NCBI GenBank assembly: GCA_038496445.1
Contig: JALMLS010000022.1
Location: 1 to 64,000 of the forward strand
From: Trichosphaerium sp. ATCC 40318
Taxonomy: Eukaryota > Protista > Tubulinea
Direction: 5' to 3'
Length of the DNA stretch: 64,000 nucleotides
Positions 1-11,671 of this stretch are shown piece by piece. The position numbers and the translations under genes are program-made. The notes beneath the pieces were generated by a model. It was not told the DNA's origin and did no database searches. It saw only the letters and a list, made by a program, of their open reading frames with translations. Every line of letters starts with the position of its first letter. Within the stretch, counting starts at the first letter, position 1.

Positions 1-51
1 TTTTACATTACCGAACACAGTTGTTAAACAAGCATCTCCTTTACTGAGATT

Positions 52-1555
52 ATGTTAGTTAAAATTATTTTATCTTGGTTTTAGGTTGTATTGTATTCTC
101 ATCTGAGTTTCCTCCTGACTGCTCAAAGTTATCTTGTACGTACAAAAACCATTATTTCTAAACTGTTTTTTTGCTTATTGTTAATATCCAAGATGGAAGT
201 AACACCTATGACCTTTCTGGTTTGACTGTACGGTTGCTGTAGTATTATATTGTGTTGTGTTTAACTTTATTTCAAGGCTCTTGGTATTCAGGAACAACAA
301 GGATCGCATACCACCTCCTATTACTATCGCTATTTTGTTTGTGGCGAACAAGGCCAGACTTGTGGAAATGTTGCTGAAGATTGTGGCGTTTGTAGTGCAT
401 GGGAAGGCCGTTGGAATGAAAACCCCTATACATACTGTGAGGGAATGTACACTGAAAGTAAAACAGAGATAACTGAGTACAGAAACGGAGATGATCTTGG
501 CATTGCTATTGAATATGGATGTACGTGATCTACTCCCTTATTGTCTTACAATTATAGACGCTGATGGAGGCTCAGTATCAAACATGCTCCTCATTTGTGA
601 TCTCAAATACAGTGGTACGCTAATATCTGAAACCGAGTTTGCTTGGTGTAATTGACGGTGTTTGTAGGATTTGAGAAAGCAGATGTTGATAATACTGCAA
701 TTTATAATCCCGTTGTACGCAAAAATAGCACTAGTAACCATAGGCGCACATTTTTATTGTTTCTTTAGATTACAGTTCGTACAAAAGACGCTTGTCCTCA
801 TTCTCAAACCCCATTTCCACCAGATTGCTCCAATATTGTCTGTACGTACAAAACATCAAAACAATGAAATGTAGCTAAGTTTGAATCAACAGTTGCAAAT
901 CGTAAGTATGATCTATCCAATCTTCAATCTCTCGGTGTACAAGAGACAAGAGGTTCCTCAACATCATATTATTATGTCTATAGATGGTTTGTATGTGGTG
1001 ATCAAGCTCAAACATGTGGAACAGCGAGTACATTTGCTTTCTTTTTTTTTCTTAAAGAGGCTGTTGGTATTCACAAGCCATTTAGCGGATTCATGTGCTG
1101 TTTGCTCAGCTTTTGAAGGACGCTGGCATGACCCAAGTTTTACAGCCTGCGAGGGAAAATACAGTGAATCTTCTGTTAAGATCTCAGAGCACACATCATC
1201 AGGAGTAAAGTTCGATTTTGCTGGTGAGTTTTCAAAATATTGATACTATTGACTTTTCTTCAGATGGAGACATGGGTAGTGTTTCAGAGATTATTCTTGC
1301 TTGTGATCCCCGATACTCTGGTATAAATACTCATTAAACTTTTATTCGTTTACCAAGAGTGTAGGATTAGAACAAGTGTTTGTTGACAACACAGACGTAA
1401 ATAGACCAAGTGTACTTCCTTTTTTTTTTTTGGAAAAGTAATTTTGGCATACCATTTATTATTATGAATAGATTTTTGTTCGTACAAGAGATGCATGTCC
1501 ACAAACTATTGAAGAACAAGAAACAAAGAATGTTGTTTATAGTGCTAATGAATAA
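52..1555 (+). CDS. Secreted protein with two tandem mannose-6-phosphate-receptor-homology (MRH)-like domains; multi-exon; apparent 1-nt frameshift in the signal peptide
   Basis: Spliced exons give two homologous Cys-rich units: YDLSGL..YYYRYFVCG..C..C.VCSAWEGRW..CEG..LICD..TVRTKDACP and YDLSNL..YRWFVCG..CAVCSAFEGRW..CEG..LACD..VRTRDACP. The YDLS start, ICD and T..AC end are typical of MRH/CI-MPR repeats. Stop TAA at about 1553-1555. The ATG at 52 is in frame only if one G, present in the paralogous copy at about 4690-4731, is restored. Confidence 0.7.
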
Positions 1556-2738
1556 AATTCACTAAAATCCCCAATATACTGGTTTATCACGTTAGCTTAG
1601 TATAGCAGTTTTAGTTTATTTCGTTACAGACTGGATAGGTATTGATTGATGTACCACTTGGAGATAACATCTGACATCCATATCAAACACATCCTGTTAG
1701 TAGAAAGCGAATTAACAACAAGATTATCCTCGGGCATCAATACAAGACAGTGCGTTTGAAAACACTACCGTCAAGAGTGGCTAGTATGAGAATGGCCAGT
1801 TGAAGATTCAACGTACTGAAATTAATGTTAAAGAACACCCAGCACTAGTCATTGGTTTTGGTGAAATGTTTGCTACGTTAAGTGTGGTAACGGGGGGCAG
1901 CCAGCTTAGTTTTTGTCTTTTTTGGCAAGGAGCGGTCAAAAATGTCAGTATTACAGTCTTGGAGCGTAAGGCGGTGTGTGGACGCTAGGAGAAGCTACTA
2001 AAGCATCTAACATGCGAACAACGATTTTTGATGGTTTCCGGATAGCAAAGATTTAAAACATCTTTTTAGGCTCGGTTGCGCGTCGTTTGATCCCTTCTTT
2101 TAATATGACTTTCTCTATATTTATGTGCTTATACCGTGATAAATATAGCTGGTAGTTCAGCTTGCTAAGAACATTAGAGCTCTCGGTTTTTTTCGGTTTT
2201 TTTTCTTTTTTTTTTCTCTAATTGTTTTCGGTCCAAGTTTAACTCACGTGATATTTATTGATTGTGTATTCCGTAACATGAAGACAACTAAAAACTTGAT
2301 AGTCGTACAGCCTAAAGGAAATAATCACGTGCATGTGGAATTTCTACGCTGCCAATTTAAGACAGTACGTTTTCTGGATTTGCTTGTTTCGGCTACTAAA
2401 CTAGGTGTTTTTAACAGGTGTCGGAACATACAAAGAATGACACTGGATTAGATAATGATATTGATTTAGATTATACCTCAGCATGAAATAATAAAAACTA
2501 TTTGTAACAAAATCATCACCTATTCTAACGATGTATGTTCAAAACAAACACAGTAGCCAAAGTCGTAAATCAATTGAAAAAAAAACACTAAGTCTATTTG
2601 AAAAGAAAATTCCTTGTCTTGAATCTGTAATGTCCTTCAGAAGTTCTACAACTCTCATGACTCTACCACCAGCCATCGATTCAATATTGCTAAAAAGTAG
2701 CCAATTTCATGACTGTAGACGAAAGATAAACAAAATGT

Positions 2739-3890
2739 TTATTTAAGTACAATGACTTCACCAGTTTCGTTCCATTCCTTAAGTTCTCCTTCTACACCAT
2801 GATTGAAAAAACACTCTCTTTGTATTTGCCCATTTTCATGCCATTTTTTACAAACTCCATGTCTTTTGTTATTAATTAAAGAACACTGAAAGTTCAACTG
2901 GCCATTCTCATACCACGCCTTGAACATTCCTTCTTTTTTCCCATTAACATGATTACACTGAATCTTCATTTGTCCGTTTCTAAAATATGATACATGCTGT
3001 CCATCTTTGATGCCTTTGACATACCCCACCTCTCTTCTCAATTCACCAGTTTTATAATAATCTTTACAAATACCATGTTGCTTATCATCAACATAAACAC
3101 ATTGAACCCTCACTTGTCCATTGTCAAAAAAATCTTTATACTCTCCTTCTTTTTTATCATTCACATACATGCGGTCTTCCATAAAAGAACCATTATCATA
3201 CCATGATCTTTGTCTACCATTCATTTTACCATTGACATAAAAGAAATGATTCTGTATACTTCCATTTGTATGCCACCACTTCTTAAAGTCACCTTCCATC
3301 TTCCCGTTCTTGTAATAATAAAGGCACGACAAGTTACCATTTTCATACCACTCCTTGTGTTCTCCCTCATTTGTACCATTTCTATACAACCCGAATATAA
3401 AAGGCTGACCATTTCTATGCCAAGATTTATGTTCACCATCCATTGTACCATTCACATATATCAGCTCACTGCTCTTTGGACCTTCTTCAAACCAGTGCTC
3501 AAATAATCCTTCTCTTTTCCCTTTCACAAACATTCCTCGACTAGACAACTTACCATTATCATGCCATCTCTTGTATTCTCCATCTTCCAGTCCATTCTTC
3601 CAGTATTGGCTAGTTTTAACTTGCGATAATGTAACATCACGGAAACAAATCCATTTTTCATGTTTCTCAAAGTTTTCATCAAAACGTGTTGTTGTCGCAG
3701 CTTGTTTGGATAGGATTGGCCATTTTATGTACACTTCAGCGTCTAGATCTATAATATCAAGTTGAAGCTCTAAAGGAAGCTGTAGCAGTAAGTTACTGTC
3801 GTTTTTATTTCCATTTGTCTAAGTTGGGTAGTTAGTACGAAATAGCGCTTATTTATTGCTGAGTTAATTTACCTCGTGTTTTGTTGCCAT
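2739..3890 (-). CDS. F-box-like N-terminus plus MORN-variant (YwqK-like) repeat protein; 2 exons
   Basis: Exon 1 is MATKHE (3890-3873), followed by a GT-AG intron with ACTAAC branch. Exon 2 begins TNGNKNDSNLLLQLPLELQLDII (F-box-like LPxE), then about 12 repeats of G..EG..K.W..NG.L....Y. Confidence 0.85.
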
Positions 3891-4519
3891 CGCGGTATTG
3901 TATTTGTCTTTTTGCCCTATTTCTTGACTGGCTGTTGAGTATGTAGAAGTCGTCACCTTACCAAAAAAAAAATAAAACAAGTACATTCTTCAAAGAACTC
4001 TTTTGCCAAAACACTTCATTCAGGCAAACTCAAGGGGTGACTTTTTCCTCTATCTATGACTAGCGTGAATTCCCAGCCAAATACTATACAATTAAATACG
4101 AACTAGTCAAGGTAGAATGTTGGAATTAACAATGTGTATTCTGATAGTGATTATGTAAAGGTAGAAATGTCACAAGGAGGTGGCGAACTAGTGGTGCTTC
4201 AACTAGTTGTGCTATTTGGCAAGTGCCAAGACTGAAGATTGTTCAAACGATCTCAAGACAAATCTAGTCAACTGTTCTTCATGACACTAATTGTGCACGT
4301 GTCCATGTCAAAAAGTAAAAGGACAAACGTAACAAAAATTAGAGTACTCAAAAGTGTTGTAAACAAACACTCCTCCCCTCACATGTGAACTCAACTTGTA
4401 CAAGGTAGTCTATTGCATGTTATAAAGCAGGTATCCAAGTGGGTTTTTAAAGTACTGAGCACCTATGGACATGGGTCCATTGTAGTAAGGATAAACCGTA
4501 AACTATTGGAATTTTTTGA

Positions 4520-4790
4520 CTTTATTCAAACATGAACATTCTCTGTTTCGTGTCCTTTAATAGCTTGTGGACATGCATCTCTTGTGCGAACTGTAATCTA
4601 AAGAAACAATAAATGTGCAGCTATGGCCACTACTAGTTTTTTTGTCGTACGATGGGATTGTAAATTGCAGCATTATCAACATCTGATACAATACAACCTA
4701 AAACCAAGATAACAATAATTTTAACTAACATAATCTCAGTAAAGGAGATGCTTAGAGATGCTTTGTTTAACAACTTTGTGTAAAAATAAC
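4520..4790 (-). pseudogene. Internally deleted inverted copy of the MRH gene
   Basis: The minus strand matches nt ~20-97 (5' UTR plus MLVKIIVILVLGCIV). This is fused directly to SDVDNAAIYNP, then an intron, then ITVRTRDACPQAIKGHETENVHV* and AATAAA. Almost the whole MRH domain is missing. Confidence 0.8.
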
Positions 4791-5194
4791 CGTCAAACTT
4801 TTTCCTGACAAACCGTTTCACTTTAAAACGTGATTTCTTAGTGCATAGCTACAGGGAGCTTTTTAAATTTAGTATGAAGTGCTGAATGGTATTTTTGGAT
4901 TGCAGCTGCAAGTTTTCACCAAAAGTTCACGTTACTATCTTTATGGCTATTATCTCCAAGGGTTCTTTGCTGATAAAATCTGCCAAGTACCAACATAAAT
5001 ACTGCAGCCAAAATACAATTTCTTTCAAGTGAAGAAGTATAAGGTGCTTGGAATTGAGGCAACTATAACGTTCAATGGGTAGTATTTCATGGCAAAGGGG
5101 AAAGGCACTTCCAACAGTCTAAAATACAACTATCACATAGCTGGATTGCTGTAAAGTAGAGAATTCCTAATTATCTAGGCAAGCCCGAACCAGA

Positions 5195-5365
5195 TAGGGT
5201 TTTAGTGACTTTTATTCAACACTACAACATCCTCTAGGACACATCTCTGTGTTTCACGGATAACTATCATTTTTAGAAAACAATCATTGTTTGAAGCTAC
5301 TAGTATTAATCCGACATACACGACAAGAACAGGTTAGAAGAGAACCCATCTTCCAGCATGACCCC
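5195..5365 (-). pseudogene. More decayed third remnant of the MRH gene 3' end
   Basis: agggttttagtgacttttattcaacactacaacat resembles the reverse complement of 1530-1572, and acagagatgtgtcc resembles acaagagatgcatgtcc. Confidence 0.5.
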
Positions 5366-5779
5366 TAGTTGTAAAGTCATGCAACGCAAAAAAGAAAGAT
5401 AACTTAACCCCATAGACGTTTGCACTACAGACTCTATTCATTGGTATAGCCCATTTTGTGCCACATATTATAAACTACTACGCCAAAAGCGTAGTAACAC
5501 ACTCACTGTCTGAATGTGGTGAAACAGATTTGCCAACAAATTGTAGCTTAATCTGCCAGCCTTCTCCTTAGTCTTAATATCTGTATTTACAGGCAAAAAA
5601 TCCATCAATATCGCCCTAGTACCCAGCTAATTATTTTTGTATAGAAACAAAGGTGCAAATGGTCAGCAGCACTGGTGTAGTGCAAATAGCAAACAAAATT
5701 AAAACAAACCAACCTTTCAACCGAAAAAAGAAGTAATCTTTTAGTAACACGTTTTGCGAATCAAATCAATGCTGATTTG

Positions 5780-5980
5780 GTTTCCACGTGTGTATATAGC
5801 TATCGCAAGCCTTTGCGAGAGTTTTGAAATGTGCATTATCAGTGAAGTGAAGCAACAATACCGAAAACGGAAGTTATCATTTAGTAGCACGTTTTTTGCA
5901 ACAAAACATCGCCGATAAGGTTTCCACGTGTGTAAATAGCTACCACAAGCCTTTGGGAGAGTTTTGAAATGTGCATTATC
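5780..5980. repeat. Direct repeat of about 60 bp with 140-bp period, each copy containing CACGTG
   Basis: gtttccacgtgtgta(t/a)atagcta(tcg/cca)caagcctttg(c/g)gagagttttgaaatgtgcattatc at 5780-5840 and 5920-5980. Confidence 0.9.
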
Positions 5981-8879
5981 CATATTTGAGTAATTACAAT
6001 AGAAATTTCAGTGAAGTGCAGTCTGTATCCCACAATTTATTTCTGAGAGGTTTTTATGGGTATAAAAAGAAACGAAAATATTTCGGTAATTGTAGTAGTT
6101 GCAGTGTGTGCACCACGCGTGGGGCTTCCTAGCCATTTGGTCGAAAAAATTTAAGGGAGTCCTCCGTCTAGCTTAGTGGGTGTATGCATTGCGAGGTGGA
6201 ATTGACAAAGTTCCATCTTAATCCGACGTAGTGTGAAAGCTTGAATCGTTACATTAGCCAGCATGTCCTCGTAAGTAGCACGTAATTAACTTAGGAACTC
6301 GGTCTGGGCCAAGAAAATTATAAGGTCCGATATAGAGGTGAGTTCTGCCGTTAGGGAAAAGCTCTATATAAACTTTGAATAGGCGCTGCATAGCAGCATG
6401 ATCGTTCTTTTTGTTGTTAGCCCAATTTTGGAATTGTATCTGTTTTAAGGTTCGTTTCTACCGAAAAAGTCATTGAACACGGTTGTGCATGCTATGCACA
6501 TTAACGCTTGTAAAGGTGGATACAGTTACACTCAAATCCAAAAATGGATCAGCTCTAAAACTGGAGTTCTTTTACTGTACAGGGTTAACAATTATATGTT
6601 TGATTCTGTGATTAGAATATACATTATTACTTTAACACCTATCTTAACACTGAAAAGTGTTTGATATCGTATACTTGATAAGAATTGCTGGCAGAGATAA
6701 AATCAGAGACGTTGGTAAAGTTAAGCTACAGTTTTTTATTATTACATCTATCACGAAATTTCCATTACATTATTTTACACTTATTCTATAGTATTGCCCT
6801 ATTTATTTGTATTGCGCTTCCTCAAAGGAGTTCATACAAGAAAGAACAGGTTATGTTTTTTTTGTTGTTTTTTGATTTGTATTTCTTGCTTGCTAGTTGG
6901 TGTAATTGGTTCTCATGGCGCTAGCGGCTTCATTTCGTTACATTCTATAAGCGTAAATGTGTATGTTGGACCCATTTAGTAACCATAGCACCCATAACAA
7001 CGCTACAAAACACTTAAATTTTTTGACATAAAAAAACCAAAGAGAGCATTTTTTGCTACAGTTCTGGTTCAAATCAAATCAACTTGTTTTCCCAAGAAAC
7101 TCCTTACATTCTATGTCGCGTTTGTCCCAAAAAAACCGAAGATGATTTCCACTGAAACACGTGATTTTTTTTTTCTCAAAAGTTTGCTTACTACACAACT
7201 GATTGCCATCTATATTTGTCAGGCTTCGGTTCTTTCCCTTGCTCATCAAAATAAGCATTATAAGTAACAAATCGTAAAATACCAGCCTATTTATGGAATG
7301 TTTAGAAAGACAACTAAGAAAGTTCGTTTAAGGTACCAGTAGAAGGCCAATCAGAAATCTTCTACGTGTAAATTTGGTTATAGTAAGTAGCATTGGTAAA
7401 ACAAAACCAATGTATCCAACAATATGTATTCTCTTAACGAACTCAACATCTAAAACATTTTGTTTGTAAAAATGGCATTTTTAAAAATACAAAATATTTT
7501 GTTCTTTTGCTTACCTTCAAGCTCCTTTGAGTCCTGAGTTTTATAATACAGTATGGGCGTAAGATCTTTGCGTACTCTAAATAAAGTACAAAAAAATAAT
7601 TTTAATAAAGGTGCAGTCACGTGTAGGAAAGGTTTTCCTAACACGTTACGATAAAAAAAATCTTGTTATTTTTCTTACCCAAAATTTGTCTTGTTTCCGC
7701 CCTTACGCCATCTTTCTACTCTCTCTGCCCTCTCTCTTTGTTTTGTACTATGTTCATATTCGAAATAACGCTGTTTGATGCGTTTGTGTGAAAGTATTGG
7801 TAGTGGCTTATTAAAGTGCTAGAATGTCATTAGATTATGATAATCACGCGTAACTACGTACAACACGGTATAATCTGAGCCACAATGCTCGCGAATTTAC
7901 TACTCTACACCTGTTGTACGTTATTAAGTACTAGACATACGTGTCATATGAGTCTTACCATTCTGTAGATACCAAAGAAGCATTTAGTAGCTGGTGACCG
8001 TTCAAACATTCAAAAACTTCAAACCAACAGTCATACGGTAACTCTTGAATTACTAATGTGTTAGTTGACTCCATGGTGCAATGGCGTAGCGTATATTCGA
8101 TTTTGACGGCCAAAACCTTGCACAAGCTGAACCTGTGTGAGGATGCCTCTTTTCTTTCAATGGGTAGGGAGTTTAACTGTAGTCGATTACAGTGTATGCA
8201 GCGTCAAGTTATGTAAGCAAGGTAACAACCTGACACTACGAGAAAAGTTGTTTTAAAAATCACGTGCGTGAATAAATAAAACAGTTCGTAACAATTACTT
8301 TATGTTATGAATCACATTTTGAGGCTTGTTTATTAGTTTTACCATCTGGTAATTCAGTCAACATGACTGAACAAATGTCTGTCTAGGCCTGACATAAACT
8401 TGCAATTTCTTGCAAAAAGTCACTTTTTTACAAAAACTGGAATGACAGGGACAATACCGTCATTAGTTTGTGCAAACAACTTGCTAAGTTTTTAGGGATT
8501 TTGATTTTTTTTGTTACATTATTTACACTAAATTGTACACTAATTATCACGTGCGTGGAGTTAAATTTCTTTGATAATAATACTCAAAAGGAAACCTTCG
8601 TATGCCCCAAGATGTGTAAGCAAACATTCCTTTCCAATCAGAGCTACTACTCGCTTCTGTTCTCAAAAGAAGAGTTTTGAACGGTTGAGTACTTTTTCCA
8701 GAGTCTCCACTTTGCTTGTACTTAAGCAAATCCGCAAACCCTTATACGTCATAAGTAAACAATACCACAAGGTTAAATAAAACAATACTAATTGAAATAT
8801 CAACGAGCTACGTGTTAAGAATTTTTTGCTTCAGTGAAAACCGCACCCAGTTAGGAGCAAAAAAATGTTGTTTTCTATT

Positions 8880-9587
8880 TTAAAGCGTACCTTTATCTAC
8901 TTTGTTTACGCTCCTAGGCGTTGTTGGACTCATTGCAAGTGGTCTAGTTGTGTTTAAGAGCCCAACAGACTGTTGTTTAACAGAACGCTTCAACATTCGA
9001 TGTTTGTGCTTTCTTGTAGCTAAAAATGTGACCTCGTTTACAGGGATATCCCTGATAGCTTTAGACAAGTCCACACGCTTACCAGCCGGTGTACGAGCTA
9101 TATAATTTTCTAGTTTTAGATTTCTCTTCTCACAGATTTTTAACACGATAGCTCGTAGTTTTCTGCGTCGACTAACGTGTACGGTATGCTTCGTGCCGTC
9201 TTCCAAGTGAACTGTGAATAATTGCTTGCCATGGTTCTTTTGGCTTGACGATAGCTTATTAGACGCGGAAAAAGAGAAAAAAACCATTCGTTCTTTAAGA
9301 TCTGAACACTTGGTGTCTAGTTTGATGACTTGACCCGAATCTGTTTTAAAATCATAACTAGTGATGTCTAGGTTTCTTTTATCGCATAGCTTGCCAATAA
9401 CGTCGCGTAGTGTTACTTGGTCGTTTTGAATAATTAATCTGCTTCTGGATCCCTCTGGTAGGTAAACCTCTAATGTCTGAAGGCTATCCAACCCCTTATT
9501 GAACACAGTTCTGGCTCGTAATCGTTCTGAGTTCTTACCGAACGCAGCAGCGGCTGCATCGCCTATTGTACTTCTTCGCTTGGCCAT
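8880..9587 (-). CDS. Intronless protein with two Raf-like Ras-binding (RBD, ubiquitin-fold) domains
   Basis: LEVYLPEGSRSRL..TLRDVIGKLCDKRNLD..Y and FTVHLEDGTKHTVHV..LRAIVLKICEKRNLK..Y match the RBD pattern seen in Raf, RGS12/14 and Tiam. First ATG at 9587 (MAKRRST). Confidence 0.85.
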   Translation of the reverse strand: MAKRRSTIGDAAAAAFGKNSERLRARTVFNKGLDSLQTLEVYLPEGSRSRLIIQNDQVTLRDVIGKLCDKRNLDITSYDFKTDSGQVIKLDTKCSDLKERMVFFSFSASNKLSSSQKNHGKQLFTVHLEDGTKHTVHVSRRRKLRAIVLKICEKRNLKLENYIARTPAGKRVDLSKAIRDIPVNEVTFLATRKHKHRMLKRSVKQQSVGLLNTTRPLAMSPTTPRSVNKVDKGTL

Positions 9588-9985
9588 ATCGTACGACTCA
9601 TGCACTTTTTAAAGTGATTTAAACGAGAAAGTGAAAGAATTAACAGAAATTCAGCAAAATTCGACGCGCTAGTTTAATACAACAGCTAACGTCATGAAGT
9701 TTTACACAAACGCAGTGGTACCAAAAGCGTCAGTTAGTCTAAATTACAAATAAGGATAGTGACATATAGCGATAGACGGTACAAGTCCCATTTAGGTATA
9801 AACACGGGCACACAATACAAACGAGCGACTGTAGAAGTTATAGTCGCGTCCCAAACAAAAAAAAAAGAAATACGTTTCCAAATACCTTTGAAATACTACA
9901 AAAACGCACAAAGCGTCATATTATAGTGTATAGGTTTATAAAAATTACAAAAAAATACAATCTGCGAAATCTTCATCAGGATCCT

Positions 9986-11392
9986 TTAAATCTCGGCAAA
10001 CTTGTGTTTGAACTGTCTTTTACGCACCCATTTGGTCATAGCCCACTTGGTACCCTAATAACACGTCAAAAGAAACGATTCAGAATTGTAATACAAAAAA
10101 AATAGTTTTTATGAAACAGTTCCTCACCTTGATCACAGGTAACCCAGCATGTAATGCATTGCTATCTGTAGTACCATTTGGATGATCTAGTTCATTTGTT
10201 AACATCATAACAGTACAGTATTGCACAATAACGGTTTTTTTCAATAAAAACTTCCGCTAAAGATTTTTTTCAAAAAGTCTGCAAAAAAGTGTCATCTGGA
10301 AGACAGACGTACAATTATAAAAGAGTACAGCATCCCCACGATGTGCTTTGACCTTTATACCAGCCTTAGGAAAGGCTGTTTCGCCACCTTCTTCAGGACT
10401 AGCCAAGTACATTACGATACTCATAAGTCTATCTCCCGCAGGTCCAATCTTTATCTTACCATCCTCTCCAAAGAAATCAACATGCGCAACGTATTGTTGG
10501 CTTTGCTCATAGCGTAGTAGATATAAAATTTCGCCATTTTCTACATGACAAACATAAGATTCGCGAAAACAAAAAAAAAACACGAAAAATTTTCTAAATC
10601 GCATTTTGATTAGTTGTCATCTACGCGACTTAGTGGCGAGTAAAACGTACCAGGAGGGAACTTCGCCCACAACGAAAGACGTTTCTAAAATGTACGTTAC
10701 ACTCATATCTTGTACTAATTGAATTGTCTGATGGAATATACCTCTATACGTTCAATTACCGGGTCATTCTCCAAGAATGTGAGAAAACAACCGAATGATG
10801 ACCTTATCTTAGATTTTGATCCTTTGGCAGCGTCCTTATCATTTCCTACAACGGTAGATCGCTCTAGGTGAGATTTACCTAAATTTATCTCAATAAAAGC
10901 CAATAGTTATTTGAGAAACAATGTTTTATGCGTCAATAGCGCAAATGTAGTTTTAAAAAAGCGTAAACGTGGCTTTTTGAAATCCCGACCTTTTTCGATG
11001 ATATAGTCGCACTCTTCGTCAGTTAAGATATTTCTGAACACTTGGACCCTAACCGCGCAGTCAGACTAACAAAAAAAACATTTGATTGCTTATTTTCTCT
11101 AAAACGAACCTAGGGCTCCACGACATGATCTCTATCCTACTAGGATCAATTGTGTGGCGTTTCTTGTGTTCAACATTGACATTTTTTTCAACAGCAGTGT
11201 CCGCTTGCTTTGTCGCTCCCAAATCCTTCTTTACAGGCTTACCAGACGTTGAAACGGATATCCTTCCAAAGAAAAACGCTAAAGACAGAATCCACCTAAC
11301 GAGAGCGTATTTAGCAACTAACTAATAATGGTATCACAATACAACTAGTCGTACAATAAAACTAGGCCTGCTACAAGCGCTTTAGCTGCCAT
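9986..11392 (-). CDS. P4H: Prolyl 4-hydroxylase alpha subunit-like 2OG-Fe(II) dioxygenase with N-terminal membrane anchor; about 8 exons
   Basis: Spliced: MAAKALVAGLVLLWILSLAFF..IMSWSPRVQVFRNILTDEECDYII..RSTVVG..IRSSFGCFL..ENGEILYLLRYEQSQQYVAHVDFF..RLMSIVMYL..EEGGETAFP..GDAVLFYN..ALHAGLPVIKGTKWAMTKW. The HxD, distal His and Lys motifs are intact. Confidence 0.95.
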
Positions 11393-11671
11393 TTTATCGT
11401 TGAAAAAGTTTGGCTAAGCTTGTTTTATCCCAACGGCGAGTACTCGACTTAATAGCTTTGTGTAGTATCCACGTGACACATTTCAATATAAACTATTTGA
11501 TCCGCTCTGTCTACGGCTCATAACCGCATACGCTATAGTATCTATAGAACTACATAAACAGACTGAAGATTAGCTCTAAAAAGAAATAAGTTGACCTTAC
11601 TTTTAATTCTTTTACACCTCTCAAGGTTTTCCGTAAACAACGACAACCTAAATACAATAAACAAAAGTCTT

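Noticed and set aside
6100-6420. GC-richer non-coding stretch, possible structured RNA or rRNA fragment
   Set aside because: No recognisable conserved motif or convincing stems by eye; needs an Infernal/Rfam search.
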